Below the pieces are notes generated by a model. That model saw only the letters and a program-made list of their open reading frames with translations. It had not been told where the DNA came from and did no database searches. From NCBI GenBank assembly GCA_020073005.1, contig JAIQFX010000027.1, positions 120-64,119 of the forward strand: a DNA stretch of 64,000 bases, written 5' to 3'. The DNA is from Terriglobia bacterium (lineage in GTDB: Bacteria > Acidobacteriota > Vicinamibacteria > Vicinamibacterales > CAVVIG01). How positions within the stretch are numbered: position 1 is the stretch's first letter; each line of letters starts with the position of its first letter. The position numbers and the translations under genes are program-made. Below, piece by piece: positions 25,630-36,174 of this stretch.

Positions 25630-28600
25630 ATGCCGTCGCGTCCGACCGCTGATACCACGCCCGAGACCGCACTGGGCGTGCCGGGTTACACGTTCGCCGA
25701 TCTGCACGATCCGCCGAGGCTGGCGTCGCTCTACGAGCGCTTCTGCGAGGAAGTGGCCGCGGCCGATCCGGTTGTCTGGCGCGAGTGGGACGCGTATCGC
25801 CAGGCGCCGGATGCGCCGCGCGCGCCGCTCGCGGTGTCGAATCTGCTCACGAGCATGGCGCCGCACGTCAGCCGCTTCCTCACGCGCCTGTTTCAGGTGG
25901 AGCCGGACGCGCGCGCGATCGGCGACGCCACCCGCGCGCAGGACGATCTGTTCCGCTTCAAGGTGGACTTCGTGCGCCGCCGCGCGCTGCCGCTCGTCAA
26001 ACTAGACAAAGCAGGCGGCGCGCCCCTCACGGCAACGCCCGAAGACGATGCGATCGTCGACCAGCTGATCGCGCGATCGGCCGGCGTCGACCGCGAGCTC
26101 GCCGTCGCACGAGCAGGATGCGCGCTCCTCGATCAAGAGCGCGCCGAAGCCACCAGCCACCAGCCACCAGCCACCAGTCGCCAGGTCGATGCGCTCAAGC
26201 GCTGGTGCGCGTCGCGTCTGCACGACCGCGCGTACCGCGACTGGGTGATCTTCCGTTTTCCCGAGACGCTCGACTACTGGAAGCTCGTCGAGGTCCGGCG
26301 TCCCGAGCCGCGGCGGCCCGAGTCGATGCTCGGGCCTGATTGGCGGCGCCGCCGCCGCGATGGTTTCCTGCTCACGGACGCGCGCATGAATGCGCGCGAG
26401 ACGATGAGCGAGATCCATTACTGCGTGCTGTGCCACGAGCGCGACAAGGACTCGTGCTCGAAAGGCCTCTTCGAAAAAGATCTCACAGTTGTCGTCAACC
26501 CGCTCGGCATTCCGCTCGACGGCTGTCCCCTCGACGAGAAGATCTCCGAGATGCACACCTTGCGCAAGGCCGGCGACGCCGTCGGCGCGCTCGCGCTCGT
26601 CGTCGTCGACAACCCGATGTGTCCCGGCACCGGCCATCGCATCTGCAACGACTGCATGAAGTCGTGCATCTACCAGAAGCAGGAGCCGGTCAACATTCCG
26701 CAGATCGAAACGGGCGTGCTGACCGACGTCCTGCGGCTGCCGTGGGGCGTGGAGATCTTCGGTCTGCTCACGCGGTGGAATCCGCTCAACGTCCGCCGGC
26801 CGTACGCGCTGCCGTACAACGGCAAGAACGTCCTCGTCGTCGGCCTCGGCCCCGCGGGTTACACGCTCGCGCACTATCTGGTGAACGAAGGCTTCGGCGT
26901 CGTCGGCGTCGATGGACTCAAGATCGAGCCGCTGCCGCGCGACATCGTCGGCACCGACACCGTCGCGCCGCGGCCGATTCGCGACTGGGACGAAATCTAT
27001 CGCCGCCTCGACGAGCGCGTGCTCGAGGGATTCGGCGGCGTGTCCGAGTACGGGATCACCGTGCGATGGGACAAGAACTTCCTGACGCTGCTGCACCTGA
27101 CGCTCGCGCGGCGGCGCGGCCTGCGGATGTACGGCGGCGTCCGCTTCGGCGGCACGCTGCCCATCGAGGACGCGTGGACGTACGGCTTCGATCACGTGGC
27201 GATTGCCGCGGGCGCCGGACGGCCGACCGTCATCGACATGAAGAACAACCTGATCCGCGGGATCAGGAAGGCGAGCGATTTCCTGATGGCGCTGCAGCTG
27301 ACGGGCGCCTTCAAGCGCGACGCGCTTCCCAATCTGCAGGCGCGCCTGCCGGCGGTCGTCATCGGCGGCGGCCTCACGGCGATCGACACGGCGACCGAGC
27401 TGATGGCGTACTACCCGCTGCAGGCGGAGAAGACGCTGCGGCGGTACGAGACGCTCGTCGCCGAGATTGGCGAAGCGCGCGTGCGCGGCGCGTACGACGC
27501 CGAAGAGCTCGAGATTCTCGACGAGTCGCTCGCACACGGACGCGAGGTGCGCGCCGAGCGCGCGCGCGCCGCGACCGCCGGCGAGTCACCCGACTTCGTG
27601 CCGCTCGTGCGATCGTGGGGCGGCGTCACGATCGCGTACCGCAAGCGCATGGTCGATTCGCCGGCGTACCGGCTGAATCACGAGGAAGTGATCAAGGCGC
27701 TCGAAGAAGGCATCGTGTTCGCGGAGCTGCTGAATCCCGTTGAAGCAGTTTCGGACGCGCGGGGCGCGCTGAAAGAAGTGATCTTCAGGCGGGAAGGGCG
27801 GGAGAGGCAGGAAGGGCAGGAAGGGAACGTGACGCTCCCTGCGCGGACGCTGCTCGTGGCGGCGGGGACGACGCCCAACATCACGTGCGAGAAGGAAGCG
27901 CCGGGCCACTTCCAGCTCGACGCGAAGAAGAAATTCTTCCAGCCGCACGGCGTCACCGCGAACGGCGACGGCCGTTTCCATCTGACGCCCGATCCGAACG
28001 GCTTCTTCACGTCGTACGACGCCGACGGCCGGTTCGTCACGTACTACGGCGACAACCATCCGCGCTACGCCGGAAACGTCGTCAAGGCGATGGCCTCGGC
28101 CAAGCACGGCTTCCCGCAGGTGACGCGGCTGTTCGCGCGCGACCTCGCGTCGCTCGACGCGGGGAAGCAGGCCGATCGCGATCGCGCCTGGACGGCGCTC
28201 GTGCAGCGGCTCGACACCGATCTGCTCGCGCGCGTCGAGGACGTCGTGCGGCTGACGCCGACGATCGTCGAAGTCATCGTGAAGGCGCCGGCGGCCGCGC
28301 GCCATTTCCATCCGGGTCAGTTCTACCGGCTGCAGAACTTCGAATCGGTCGCGCGCCGCGTCGGCCCGACGCCGCTGCTGATGGAAGGCATCGCGCTCAC
28401 CGGCGCGTGGGTGGACAAGGAGCGCGGGCTGCTGTCGCTCATCGCGCTCGAGCTCGGCGTGTCGAGCCGGCTCGTCGCGTACCTGCAGAAGGGCGAGCCG
28501 GTCGTCGTCATGGGACCGACGGGCGCGCCGACGGACATCCCCGAGTGCCAGAACGTGCTGCTGCTCGGCGGCGGCCTCGGCAACGCCGTGCTCTTCTCGA

Positions 28601-29196
28601 TCGCGAAAGCGATGCGCGACCGCGGCAACAAGGTGATTTACTTCGCCGGCTACAAAAAGGGCGAAGACCTGTTCAAGCGCGAGGACATCGAGGCGGCGAC
28701 CGATCAGGTCATCTGGAGCACGGACACCGGCGCCGCGATCCCGCCCGGGCGTCCGCAGGACGCGCATTTCCGCGGCAACATCGTCCAGGCGATGATCGCG
28801 TATCAGAAGGGTGAGCTCGGCGATCGGCTCGTGCCGCTCGATTCCGTCGATCGGATCATCGCAATCGGATCAGATCGGATGATGGCGGCGGTCAAGGCGG
28901 CGCGCTACGGCGCGCTGGCGCCGTTCCTGAAGAAAGGTCACGTCGGCATCGCGAGCATCAACTCGCCGATGCAGTGCATGATGAAGGAAGTCTGCGCGCA
29001 GTGCCTGCAGAAGCACGTCGACCCCGCGACGGGGAAGGAAACGATCATCTTCTCGTGCTTCAACCAGGATCAGGAGATGGACCGCGTCGACTTCCCGAAC
29101 CTCGCGGCGCGGCTGCGGCAGAACACGGTGCAGGAGAAACTGTCGAATCTGTGGCTCGATCACTTGCTGCGTGGAGCGGCGCTGCCGCACATTTAG
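25630..29196 (+). CDS. large multidomain Fe-S flavoprotein oxidoreductase (GltD/DPD-like FAD-NAD(P) module fused to PyrK-like ferredoxin-reductase module)
   Basis: Cys clusters 'CVLCHERDKDSC' and 'CPGTGHRICNDCMKSC', dinucleotide fold 'VLVVGLGPAGYTLA', PyrK-like 'FHPGQFYRL' and 'LLGGGLGNA', and C-terminal 'CMMKEVCAQC'. 1188 aa. Confidence 0.7.
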   Translation: MPSRPTADTTPETALGVPGYTFADLHDPPRLASLYERFCEEVAAADPVVWREWDAYRQAPDAPRAPLAVSNLLTSMAPHVSRFLTRLFQVEPDARAIGDATRAQDDLFRFKVDFVRRRALPLVKLDKAGGAPLTATPEDDAIVDQLIARSAGVDRELAVARAGCALLDQERAEATSHQPPATSRQVDALKRWCASRLHDRAYRDWVIFRFPETLDYWKLVEVRRPEPRRPESMLGPDWRRRRRDGFLLTDARMNARETMSEIHYCVLCHERDKDSCSKGLFEKDLTVVVNPLGIPLDGCPLDEKISEMHTLRKAGDAVGALALVVVDNPMCPGTGHRICNDCMKSCIYQKQEPVNIPQIETGVLTDVLRLPWGVEIFGLLTRWNPLNVRRPYALPYNGKNVLVVGLGPAGYTLAHYLVNEGFGVVGVDGLKIEPLPRDIVGTDTVAPRPIRDWDEIYRRLDERVLEGFGGVSEYGITVRWDKNFLTLLHLTLARRRGLRMYGGVRFGGTLPIEDAWTYGFDHVAIAAGAGRPTVIDMKNNLIRGIRKASDFLMALQLTGAFKRDALPNLQARLPAVVIGGGLTAIDTATELMAYYPLQAEKTLRRYETLVAEIGEARVRGAYDAEELEILDESLAHGREVRAERARAATAGESPDFVPLVRSWGGVTIAYRKRMVDSPAYRLNHEEVIKALEEGIVFAELLNPVEAVSDARGALKEVIFRREGRERQEGQEGNVTLPARTLLVAAGTTPNITCEKEAPGHFQLDAKKKFFQPHGVTANGDGRFHLTPDPNGFFTSYDADGRFVTYYGDNHPRYAGNVVKAMASAKHGFPQVTRLFARDLASLDAGKQADRDRAWTALVQRLDTDLLARVEDVVRLTPTIVEVIVKAPAAARHFHPGQFYRLQNFESVARRVGPTPLLMEGIALTGAWVDKERGLLSLIALELGVSSRLVAYLQKGEPVVVMGPTGAPTDIPECQNVLLLGGGLGNAVLFSIAKAMRDRGNKVIYFAGYKKGEDLFKREDIEAATDQVIWSTDTGAAIPPGRPQDAHFRGNIVQAMIAYQKGELGDRLVPLDSVDRIIAIGSDRMMAAVKAARYGALAPFLKKGHVGIASINSPMQCMMKEVCAQCLQKHVDPATGKETIIFSCFNQDQEMDRVDFPNLAARLRQNTVQEKLSNLWLDHLLRGAALPHI
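26150..26184. repeat. CCAGCCA heptamer array in-frame in the oxidoreductase CDS
   Basis: ccaccagccaccagccaccagccaccagtcgccag, translated 'ATSHQPPATSRQ'. Confidence 0.8.
27788..27825. repeat. GGAAGGGC-type array in-frame in the oxidoreductase CDS
   Basis: ggcgggaagggcgggagaggcaggaagggcaggaaggg, translated 'REGRERQEGQEG'. Confidence 0.75.
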
Positions 29197-29216
29197 GGTC
29201 CGGCTTCAGCCGGACC
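29197..29216. terminator. GGTCCGGCTTCAGCCGGACC hairpin exactly filling the gap between two convergent stop codons
   Basis: 8-bp GC stem with a 4-nt loop between TAG 29194-29196 and TAA (minus strand) 29217-29219. There is no U-tract. Confidence 0.4.
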
Positions 29217-29438
29217 TTACGCGACGATCCAGCCGTCGCCGCGCAGCGTGTTCATGATCTTCACGGAGCGCTCGATGAGCTCGGTCGGCTCGTCGACTTC
29301 TTCCACTGATTCGGTCCCGTCGGGGTGGGTGATGACGACGCGGTAGCGGCCATCCGCGCGGTCGCGGGTGATCTCGTAGCGGAGCTTCTCGCCGTTGCGG
29401 TCGAAAAACCAGATCATTCGAACTTCAAGAATATTCAA
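29217..29438 (-). CDS. hypothetical small protein
   Basis: 73-aa ORF with ordinary composition ('MIWFFDRNGEKLRYEITRD...'). The internal ATG (MIWFF) may be the real start. Confidence 0.45.
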   Translation of the reverse strand: MNILEVRMIWFFDRNGEKLRYEITRDRADGRYRVVITHPDGTESVEEVDEPTELIERSVKIMNTLRGDGWIVA

Positions 29439-29492
29439 CCGCGGGAGCCCGGCGCAATTGGAAGTTTGCGTTCCGGTTGGTCGGTCGAGTCA

Positions 29493-31655
<2,163 letters not shown>

Positions 31656-31656
31656 G

Positions 31657-32628
31657 TCAGCGCAGGCTCGCCGCAAAGACGGCGGCGCCGAGCAGCCCGG
31701 CATTGTCGTTCAGGATCACGTGCACGGGCATCGAGGCGAGCAGATTCTCGAGCGGCGGTTTCGCGCGGAACGCGCGCATGAACGCGCCGGACGTCAGCGC
31801 CGGAAGGATCTTCGGCGCGATTCCGCCGCCGATGAAGACGCCGCCGGTCGCGACGCTGCGCAGCGCGAGATTGCCGGCCTGCGCGCCGTACGCCTCGACG
31901 AACAGATCGAGCGCCTCGACGCATCCAGGACAGCGTCGATCGAACGCCGCGGCCGTGATGGCCGCCGCCGCGTGCGGATCCTCGAGGTCGACGGCGGCCG
32001 CGCACCCGCCGGCGTGCGTCACGCGATGAACGTTGATCAGGCCGCGTCCCGAGACGACGTGTTCGACGTCGGCGCGGCCGTACCGCTTCGTCAGGTCGCG
32101 GACGACCGCGATTTCCCGCTCGGTGCGCGCGGCAAAGTCCGCGTGGCCGCCCTCGGACGCCGCCGGCACGTAGCGGCCGTCTACGTGGTGGATCAGTGCT
32201 TCGCCGAGACCGGTGCCGGCCGCGATGACCGCCATGTTGCCGCCGGGGACGGGCGACCCGCGCTGCAGGACGTGCAGCTCCGATTCCTGCAGCGCGGGCA
32301 CGGCCTGCGCCATCGCCTGCAGATCGTTGATCACGACGACGCGCGCGGCGCCGGTCGCGCGACTGATGCGCGCGCCGTCCACGCGCCACGGCACGGCGGT
32401 CAGTTCGGCGGCGTTGTCGATCACCGGTCCCGCGGCGCCGATGCACGTCACGCCGATCGTCGACGCGTCGACGGAGGCGCCGGACAGAAACGCCGCGATC
32501 ATCGCCTCGAGCGTCTCGTAGTCGAGCGTCCCGAACGATCGCGCGACGATCGGGCGCGGACGTACCGGATCCGCCTCGAAGAGTCCGAGCAGCGTCTTCG
32601 TTCCGCCGACGTCACCTGCGAGAATCAT
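31657..32628 (-). CDS. glk: glucokinase
   Basis: 'ILAGDVGGTKT' ATP-binding motif and Glk-family length (323 aa). Confidence 0.8.
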   Translation of the reverse strand: MILAGDVGGTKTLLGLFEADPVRPRPIVARSFGTLDYETLEAMIAAFLSGASVDASTIGVTCIGAAGPVIDNAAELTAVPWRVDGARISRATGAARVVVINDLQAMAQAVPALQESELHVLQRGSPVPGGNMAVIAAGTGLGEALIHHVDGRYVPAASEGGHADFAARTEREIAVVRDLTKRYGRADVEHVVSGRGLINVHRVTHAGGCAAAVDLEDPHAAAAITAAAFDRRCPGCVEALDLFVEAYGAQAGNLALRSVATGGVFIGGGIAPKILPALTSGAFMRAFRAKPPLENLLASMPVHVILNDNAGLLGAAVFAASLR

Positions 32629-32690
32629 TTCGTGGCCTTCTGCCTTCTTCCTTCTTCCTTCTTGACTTCGCTCTCATTCTCCATCATCTT
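32629..32690. repeat. CTTCCTT / GAAGGAA heptamer array in a divergent intergenic region
   Basis: ttcgtggccttctgccttcttccttcttccttcttgacttcgc. On the minus strand it gives GAAGGAA repeats (SD-like) directly upstream of the glk ATG. Confidence 0.75.
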
Positions 32691-32733
32691 TGGTTTTGTT
32701 CCGTCTCCCTCAGCGTTTCAGCGGAGAGGCCGT

Positions 32734-33873
32734 GTGACCTCATCCTCGCCTGACGTTCCGGGTTGTCCGCCGCTCGAGGGACAACTCGTCGTGTTCACCG
32801 GCAAACTCAGCTCGCTCGGCCGCCGCGACGCGCGCGCGCTCGTGGCGCGGCTCGGCGGCGCCACGGCCGACGACGTCAATGCGAAGACGACGATGCTCGT
32901 CATCGGCGCCGAGGGCTTCGGTCAGACGGACAAGAGCAACAAGCTGAAGCGCGCCGAGGAACTGAACGCGCAGGCCGGCAGCGTCGCAATCCGGATTCTC
33001 ACCGAGGAGGAATTCTGCCGCCTGACGGGCGTGCCGACGCCGGACACGCTGAAGCGCCAGTACCACGCGCTGCGCGATCTGCTGGCGCGGTACCGCGCGC
33101 TGCGCGAGGATCACGTCCGGTACCTCGTGAAGTGCGGCGTCCTGCGCCCGATGCTCCGCACCAACGCCGACACGTTCTTCGCGTTCCCGGACGTCGCCGT
33201 CATCAAGCAGGCGAACGAGGGTCTCGATCAGGGCGCGTCGTTCCGGAGCATCGTGCGCACGCTGCTGGCGTCGCGCGTGGGCCAGCTGGAGTTCGACTTC
33301 CGGCTCGACGCGGCGCCGGCGAAGATCATTGCGCTCCGTCGTCCGGCGGGCGAGAAACCCGCGGCGTCAGCGCCCGCGCCTGTGGAGTTGTCGCCGACCG
33401 CGCCGGTCGTGCGCGACACGGCGCTCGCCGAGGAGTACTTCCGCGCGGCGTCGGCGCTCGACGACGGCGAGTCGACGCAGGACGAAGCGGCGGCCGCGTA
33501 CCGCAAGGCGCTCGAGTTCGATCCGTACCTGGTCGCCGCGATCATCAATCTCGCGAACATTCACTACAGCCGCGACGAGCTGGCCGAGGCGCAGGCGCTC
33601 TACGAACGCGCCATCGGGCTCGAGTCCGATTTCTTCGAGGCGCACTTCAACCTCGGCAACATCTATCACGACCTCGGCCGCTACCCGGAGGCGCAGGCGT
33701 GCTATCGCGAGGCGCTGCGGCTCAATCCCTTCTACGCCGACGCGCACTTCTACCTGGCCGTCACATTCGAGAAGATGGGGCTCTCGCAGGACGCGCGGCC
33801 GCACTGGCGCGCGTATCAGCAGCTCGCGCCGCAGGGCGAGTGGGTGGAGCTGGCGAAGGAGTTTTCAGAGTAG
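32734..33873 (+). CDS. BRCT-domain / TPR-repeat protein
   Basis: 'LVVFTGKLSSLGRRDARALVARLGGATADDV' (BRCT, as in LigA) and C-terminal TPRs ('AIINLANIHY', 'AHFNLGNIYHDLGRYPEA', 'AHFYLAVTFEKMG'). GTG start follows GGAGAGG. Confidence 0.7.
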   Translation: MTSSSPDVPGCPPLEGQLVVFTGKLSSLGRRDARALVARLGGATADDVNAKTTMLVIGAEGFGQTDKSNKLKRAEELNAQAGSVAIRILTEEEFCRLTGVPTPDTLKRQYHALRDLLARYRALREDHVRYLVKCGVLRPMLRTNADTFFAFPDVAVIKQANEGLDQGASFRSIVRTLLASRVGQLEFDFRLDAAPAKIIALRRPAGEKPAASAPAPVELSPTAPVVRDTALAEEYFRAASALDDGESTQDEAAAAYRKALEFDPYLVAAIINLANIHYSRDELAEAQALYERAIGLESDFFEAHFNLGNIYHDLGRYPEAQACYREALRLNPFYADAHFYLAVTFEKMGLSQDARPHWRAYQQLAPQGEWVELAKEFSE

Positions 33874-33883
33874 ATGGCAGCCA

Positions 33884-34174
33884 TTAGTACCGGTAATCGT
33901 CGGGACTGCGCTTCTTCGGCGTGCGCCGGAGCTTGTAGAACGTGCAGTCGGGACACCAGGCTTCAGGGTTGAAGTTGATACCCGCGATCGGCAGGACGTC
34001 GCGGTGGCCGCAGCATTCCGGACCGTCTTCGGGCGGCCGCCGCCAGCGGCACGACTTGAAGCGCGCCACCGCCGGCGACATCTCGACATTCGGCGTCGCG
34101 GCCGGGGCGCCAGGCGCCGCGGGCGCGCCGGGCGGCGGATTCGACGTGCCGAACGGATCCGACATCGAACTCAT
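33884..34174 (-). CDS. hypothetical Cys-rich small protein
   Basis: 96 aa with 'CRWRRPPEDGPECCGH...WCPDCTFY'. ATGA overlap with the helicase stop. Confidence 0.5.
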   Translation of the reverse strand: MSSMSDPFGTSNPPPGAPAAPGAPAATPNVEMSPAVARFKSCRWRRPPEDGPECCGHRDVLPIAGINFNPEAWCPDCTFYKLRRTPKKRSPDDYRY

Positions 34175-35511
34175 TCTAATGGAACGCCGACGGACTTGGC
34201 CAGAAACGCCAGCGCGCGCCGCTCTTCCGGCGCGACCAGCGTGATCGCCTGTCCGACCTGATCGGCGCGGCCCGTGCGGCCCACGCGATGCACGTACGCA
34301 TCGGGCGAGTCCGGCACTTCGTAATTGATGACGGTGTGGATCGCGTCGATGTCCAGCCCGCGCGCGGCGATGTCGGTCGCGACGAGCACCTTGTACTTCC
34401 CGCTCTTGAATCCCTCGACGGCGATGCGCCGCTGATCCTGGCTGCGATCGGCGTGGAGCGCCGTGCACTTGACGCCCGCCGCGGCGAGCCGGCGCGCCAG
34501 GCGATCGGCGCCGATCTTCGTCCGCGAAAAGATCAGCACGGGCCCTTCCGGCCGGCGCAGATGATCGATCAGCCATTCGACCTTGCGCGACGCGGCGACG
34601 GCTTCGACGCGGTGCGTGATGCTCTTGGGCGGCGCGCTGCGCTGGCCGACCTGGATGTATTTCGCGGCGCGCGTGATTTCCAGCGCGTCGTGCACGACCT
34701 CGTCGGGCATCGTCGCCGAGAAGAGGAGCGTCTGGCGCACCGGCGGCAGCGCCGTGATGATCCGGCGGACGTCGGGCCAGAAGCCCATGTCCATCATGCG
34801 GTCCGCTTCGTCGAGGACGAGCAGCTCGACGGCGCTCAGGTCCGCGTTCTGCTGCCGCATGTGATCCATCAGCCGGCCCGGCGTGGCGACGATGATGTCG
34901 ACGCCGGCTTTCAGCGCGCGCTCCTGCATGCCCATCTCGACGCCGCCGTAGACCGCGGCGCTCGTGACGCTCGTGTGGTACGCGAGGCCGTGGATTTCGT
35001 CTTCGATCTGGACCGCGAGCTCGCGCGTCGGCGCGAGCACGAGCACGCGCGATTTGTTAGGGGGACGGGAGTCGGGCGGCAGGGGACGGGTCTCGCTGGC
35101 GGTCTCGGCGCGAGACCCGTCCCCTGTACTCCGACTCCCGTCCCCCGCGATCAGCCGCTGCAGCGTCGGCACGACGAACGCCGCGGTCTTTCCCGTGCCC
35201 GTCTCGGCGCACGCGATGAGATCCTGGCCGGCGAGCGCGAGCGGGATCACCGCCGTCTGAATCGGCCGCGTGTCGGTCCATCCGAGGTCGCGCGTGCCTT
35301 CGAGCAGCCGCGGATCCAGGCCGAGCGAGGCGAAAGGAACGGGCGTGGTGTCGCACGCGATCGGCTCGAGCGATAGCGGGGGACGGGTCTCCGAGCGACG
35401 TACGTGCGGAGACCCGTCCCCCGACCGTCTGGACCCGCGGCGCGGACCGCCGCGTGATCCGCGGCGGTGTCCGCCGTGCCCTTGTCCTCGACCAGTTGTC
35501 TTGGAGTTCAA
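34171..35511 (-). CDS. DEAD-box ATP-dependent RNA helicase (start uncertain)
   Basis: Q-motif 'TRPIQ', 'AETGTGKTAAF', 'PTRELA', 'LDEADRM', 'SAT' and 'HRVGRTGRA'. The ORF N-terminus overlaps infA out of frame. TTG 35511 is the first in-frame start after infA. Confidence 0.8.
   Translation of the reverse strand: MNSKTTGRGQGHGGHRRGSRGGPRRGSRRSGDGSPHVRRSETRPPLSLEPIACDTTPVPFASLGLDPRLLEGTRDLGWTDTRPIQTAVIPLALAGQDLIACAETGTGKTAAFVVPTLQRLIAGDGSRSTGDGSRAETASETRPLPPDSRPPNKSRVLVLAPTRELAVQIEDEIHGLAYHTSVTSAAVYGGVEMGMQERALKAGVDIIVATPGRLMDHMRQQNADLSAVELLVLDEADRMMDMGFWPDVRRIITALPPVRQTLLFSATMPDEVVHDALEITRAAKYIQVGQRSAPPKSITHRVEAVAASRKVEWLIDHLRRPEGPVLIFSRTKIGADRLARRLAAAGVKCTALHADRSQDQRRIAVEGFKSGKYKVLVATDIAARGLDIDAIHTVINYEVPDSPDAYVHRVGRTGRADQVGQAITLVAPEERRALAFLAKSVGVPLE
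35060..35146. repeat. 87-nt nested perfect hairpin (GGGGACG/GACTCCC type) in-frame between helicase motifs I and Ia
   Basis: gggggacgggagtcgg...aggggacgggtctcg...cgagacccgtcccct...ccgactcccgtccccc. It is 29 codons, translated 'GDGSRSTGDGSRAETASETRPLPPDSRPP'. Confidence 0.85.
35377..35421. repeat. perfect 16-bp hairpin of the same GGGGACGGGTCTC family
   Basis: gggggacgggtctccg-agcgacgtacgtg-cggagacccgtccccc, between infA and the conserved helicase core. Confidence 0.8.
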
Positions 35512-35524
35512 ACTGTTTTTGTGG

Positions 35525-35743
35525 CTAGCGTGCGCGGAACGTGATGATGCCCCTGACCGGATCGTAGGGCGAGACGCCCACCGTGACGCGATCGCCCGGA
35601 ACCACCTTGATGCGGAAGCGGCGCATGCGGCCGCTGAGCTGGGCAAGCACTTCGTGGCCGGCGTCGCACTGCACGCGGTAGAGCCCGCCGCTGTGCACGG
35701 CGACCACGGTGCCCTGCATGTCGATCAGATCATCCTTACTCAA
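35525..35743 (-). CDS. infA: translation initiation factor IF-1
   Basis: 'MQGTVVAVHSGGLYRVQCDAGHEVLAQLSGRMRRFRIKVVPGDRVTVGVSPYD' (S1-like fold). TTG start preceded by GAAGGAAGG. Confidence 0.9.
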   Translation of the reverse strand: MSKDDLIDMQGTVVAVHSGGLYRVQCDAGHEVLAQLSGRMRRFRIKVVPGDRVTVGVSPYDPVRGIITFRAR

Positions 35744-35791
35744 ATGCTAGCAGTCCTTCCTTCAAACAATGATTGTGCCATACGGGGCCAA

Positions 35792-36112
35792 TCATCGCCA
35801 GTGTCCTTCGACGAAATACCAGCCGCGCCGCTCGCGCTCCCAGTGGGCCGGAACCCAGCGTGCGCGGGGCCGCGGCGGCCGCGCCCAGGCGCCCGGCATC
35901 CACACGTAGGCCCGCCCATCCCACCGGTGGTAGCCCGCCACCCAGATGTACCCCGGCCCCGGCGCGACCACGCGCGCCTCGACGATCGGCGGCGGCGGCG
36001 CGACGACGACGTACATGCGCCCGCGCGGCGCGGCGCACGCCGACTCGATCAGAATTGATGCGCTCATTACAACGATGGCTGTCGCGATCCGGCGAAGATC
36101 TCGTAGCGTCAT
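35792..36112 (-). CDS. YXWGXW-repeat lipoprotein-like protein
   Basis: Signal/lipobox-like 'AIVVMSASILIESAC', with repeats 'GYIWVAGYHRWDGRAYVW' and 'WVPAHWERERRGWYFVEGHW'. Confidence 0.6.
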   Translation of the reverse strand: MTLRDLRRIATAIVVMSASILIESACAAPRGRMYVVVAPPPPIVEARVVAPGPGYIWVAGYHRWDGRAYVWMPGAWARPPRPRARWVPAHWERERRGWYFVEGHWR

Positions 36113-36116
36113 CGGG

Positions 36117-36135
36117 TGACCTCCGCGGGAGGTCA
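36117..36135. promoter_or_regulatory. 8-bp hairpin whose 3' arm (mRNA sense) contains the Shine-Dalgarno sequence of the lipoprotein gene
   Basis: The minus strand reads tgacctcc-cgc-ggaggtca-cccg-ATG. It also lies downstream of the stop of the upstream fusion gene. Confidence 0.35.
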
Positions 36136-36174
36136 AATGCACGATTGGTACCTGAGGGAATACGGAAGAATGGG

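Noticed and set aside
35060-35146. Frameshift or pseudogenisation of the DEAD-box helicase at the palindrome
   Set aside because: The insert is exactly 87 nt (29 codons). The frame stays open, and all helicase motifs (Q, I, Ia, II, III, VI) are intact and in order on either side.
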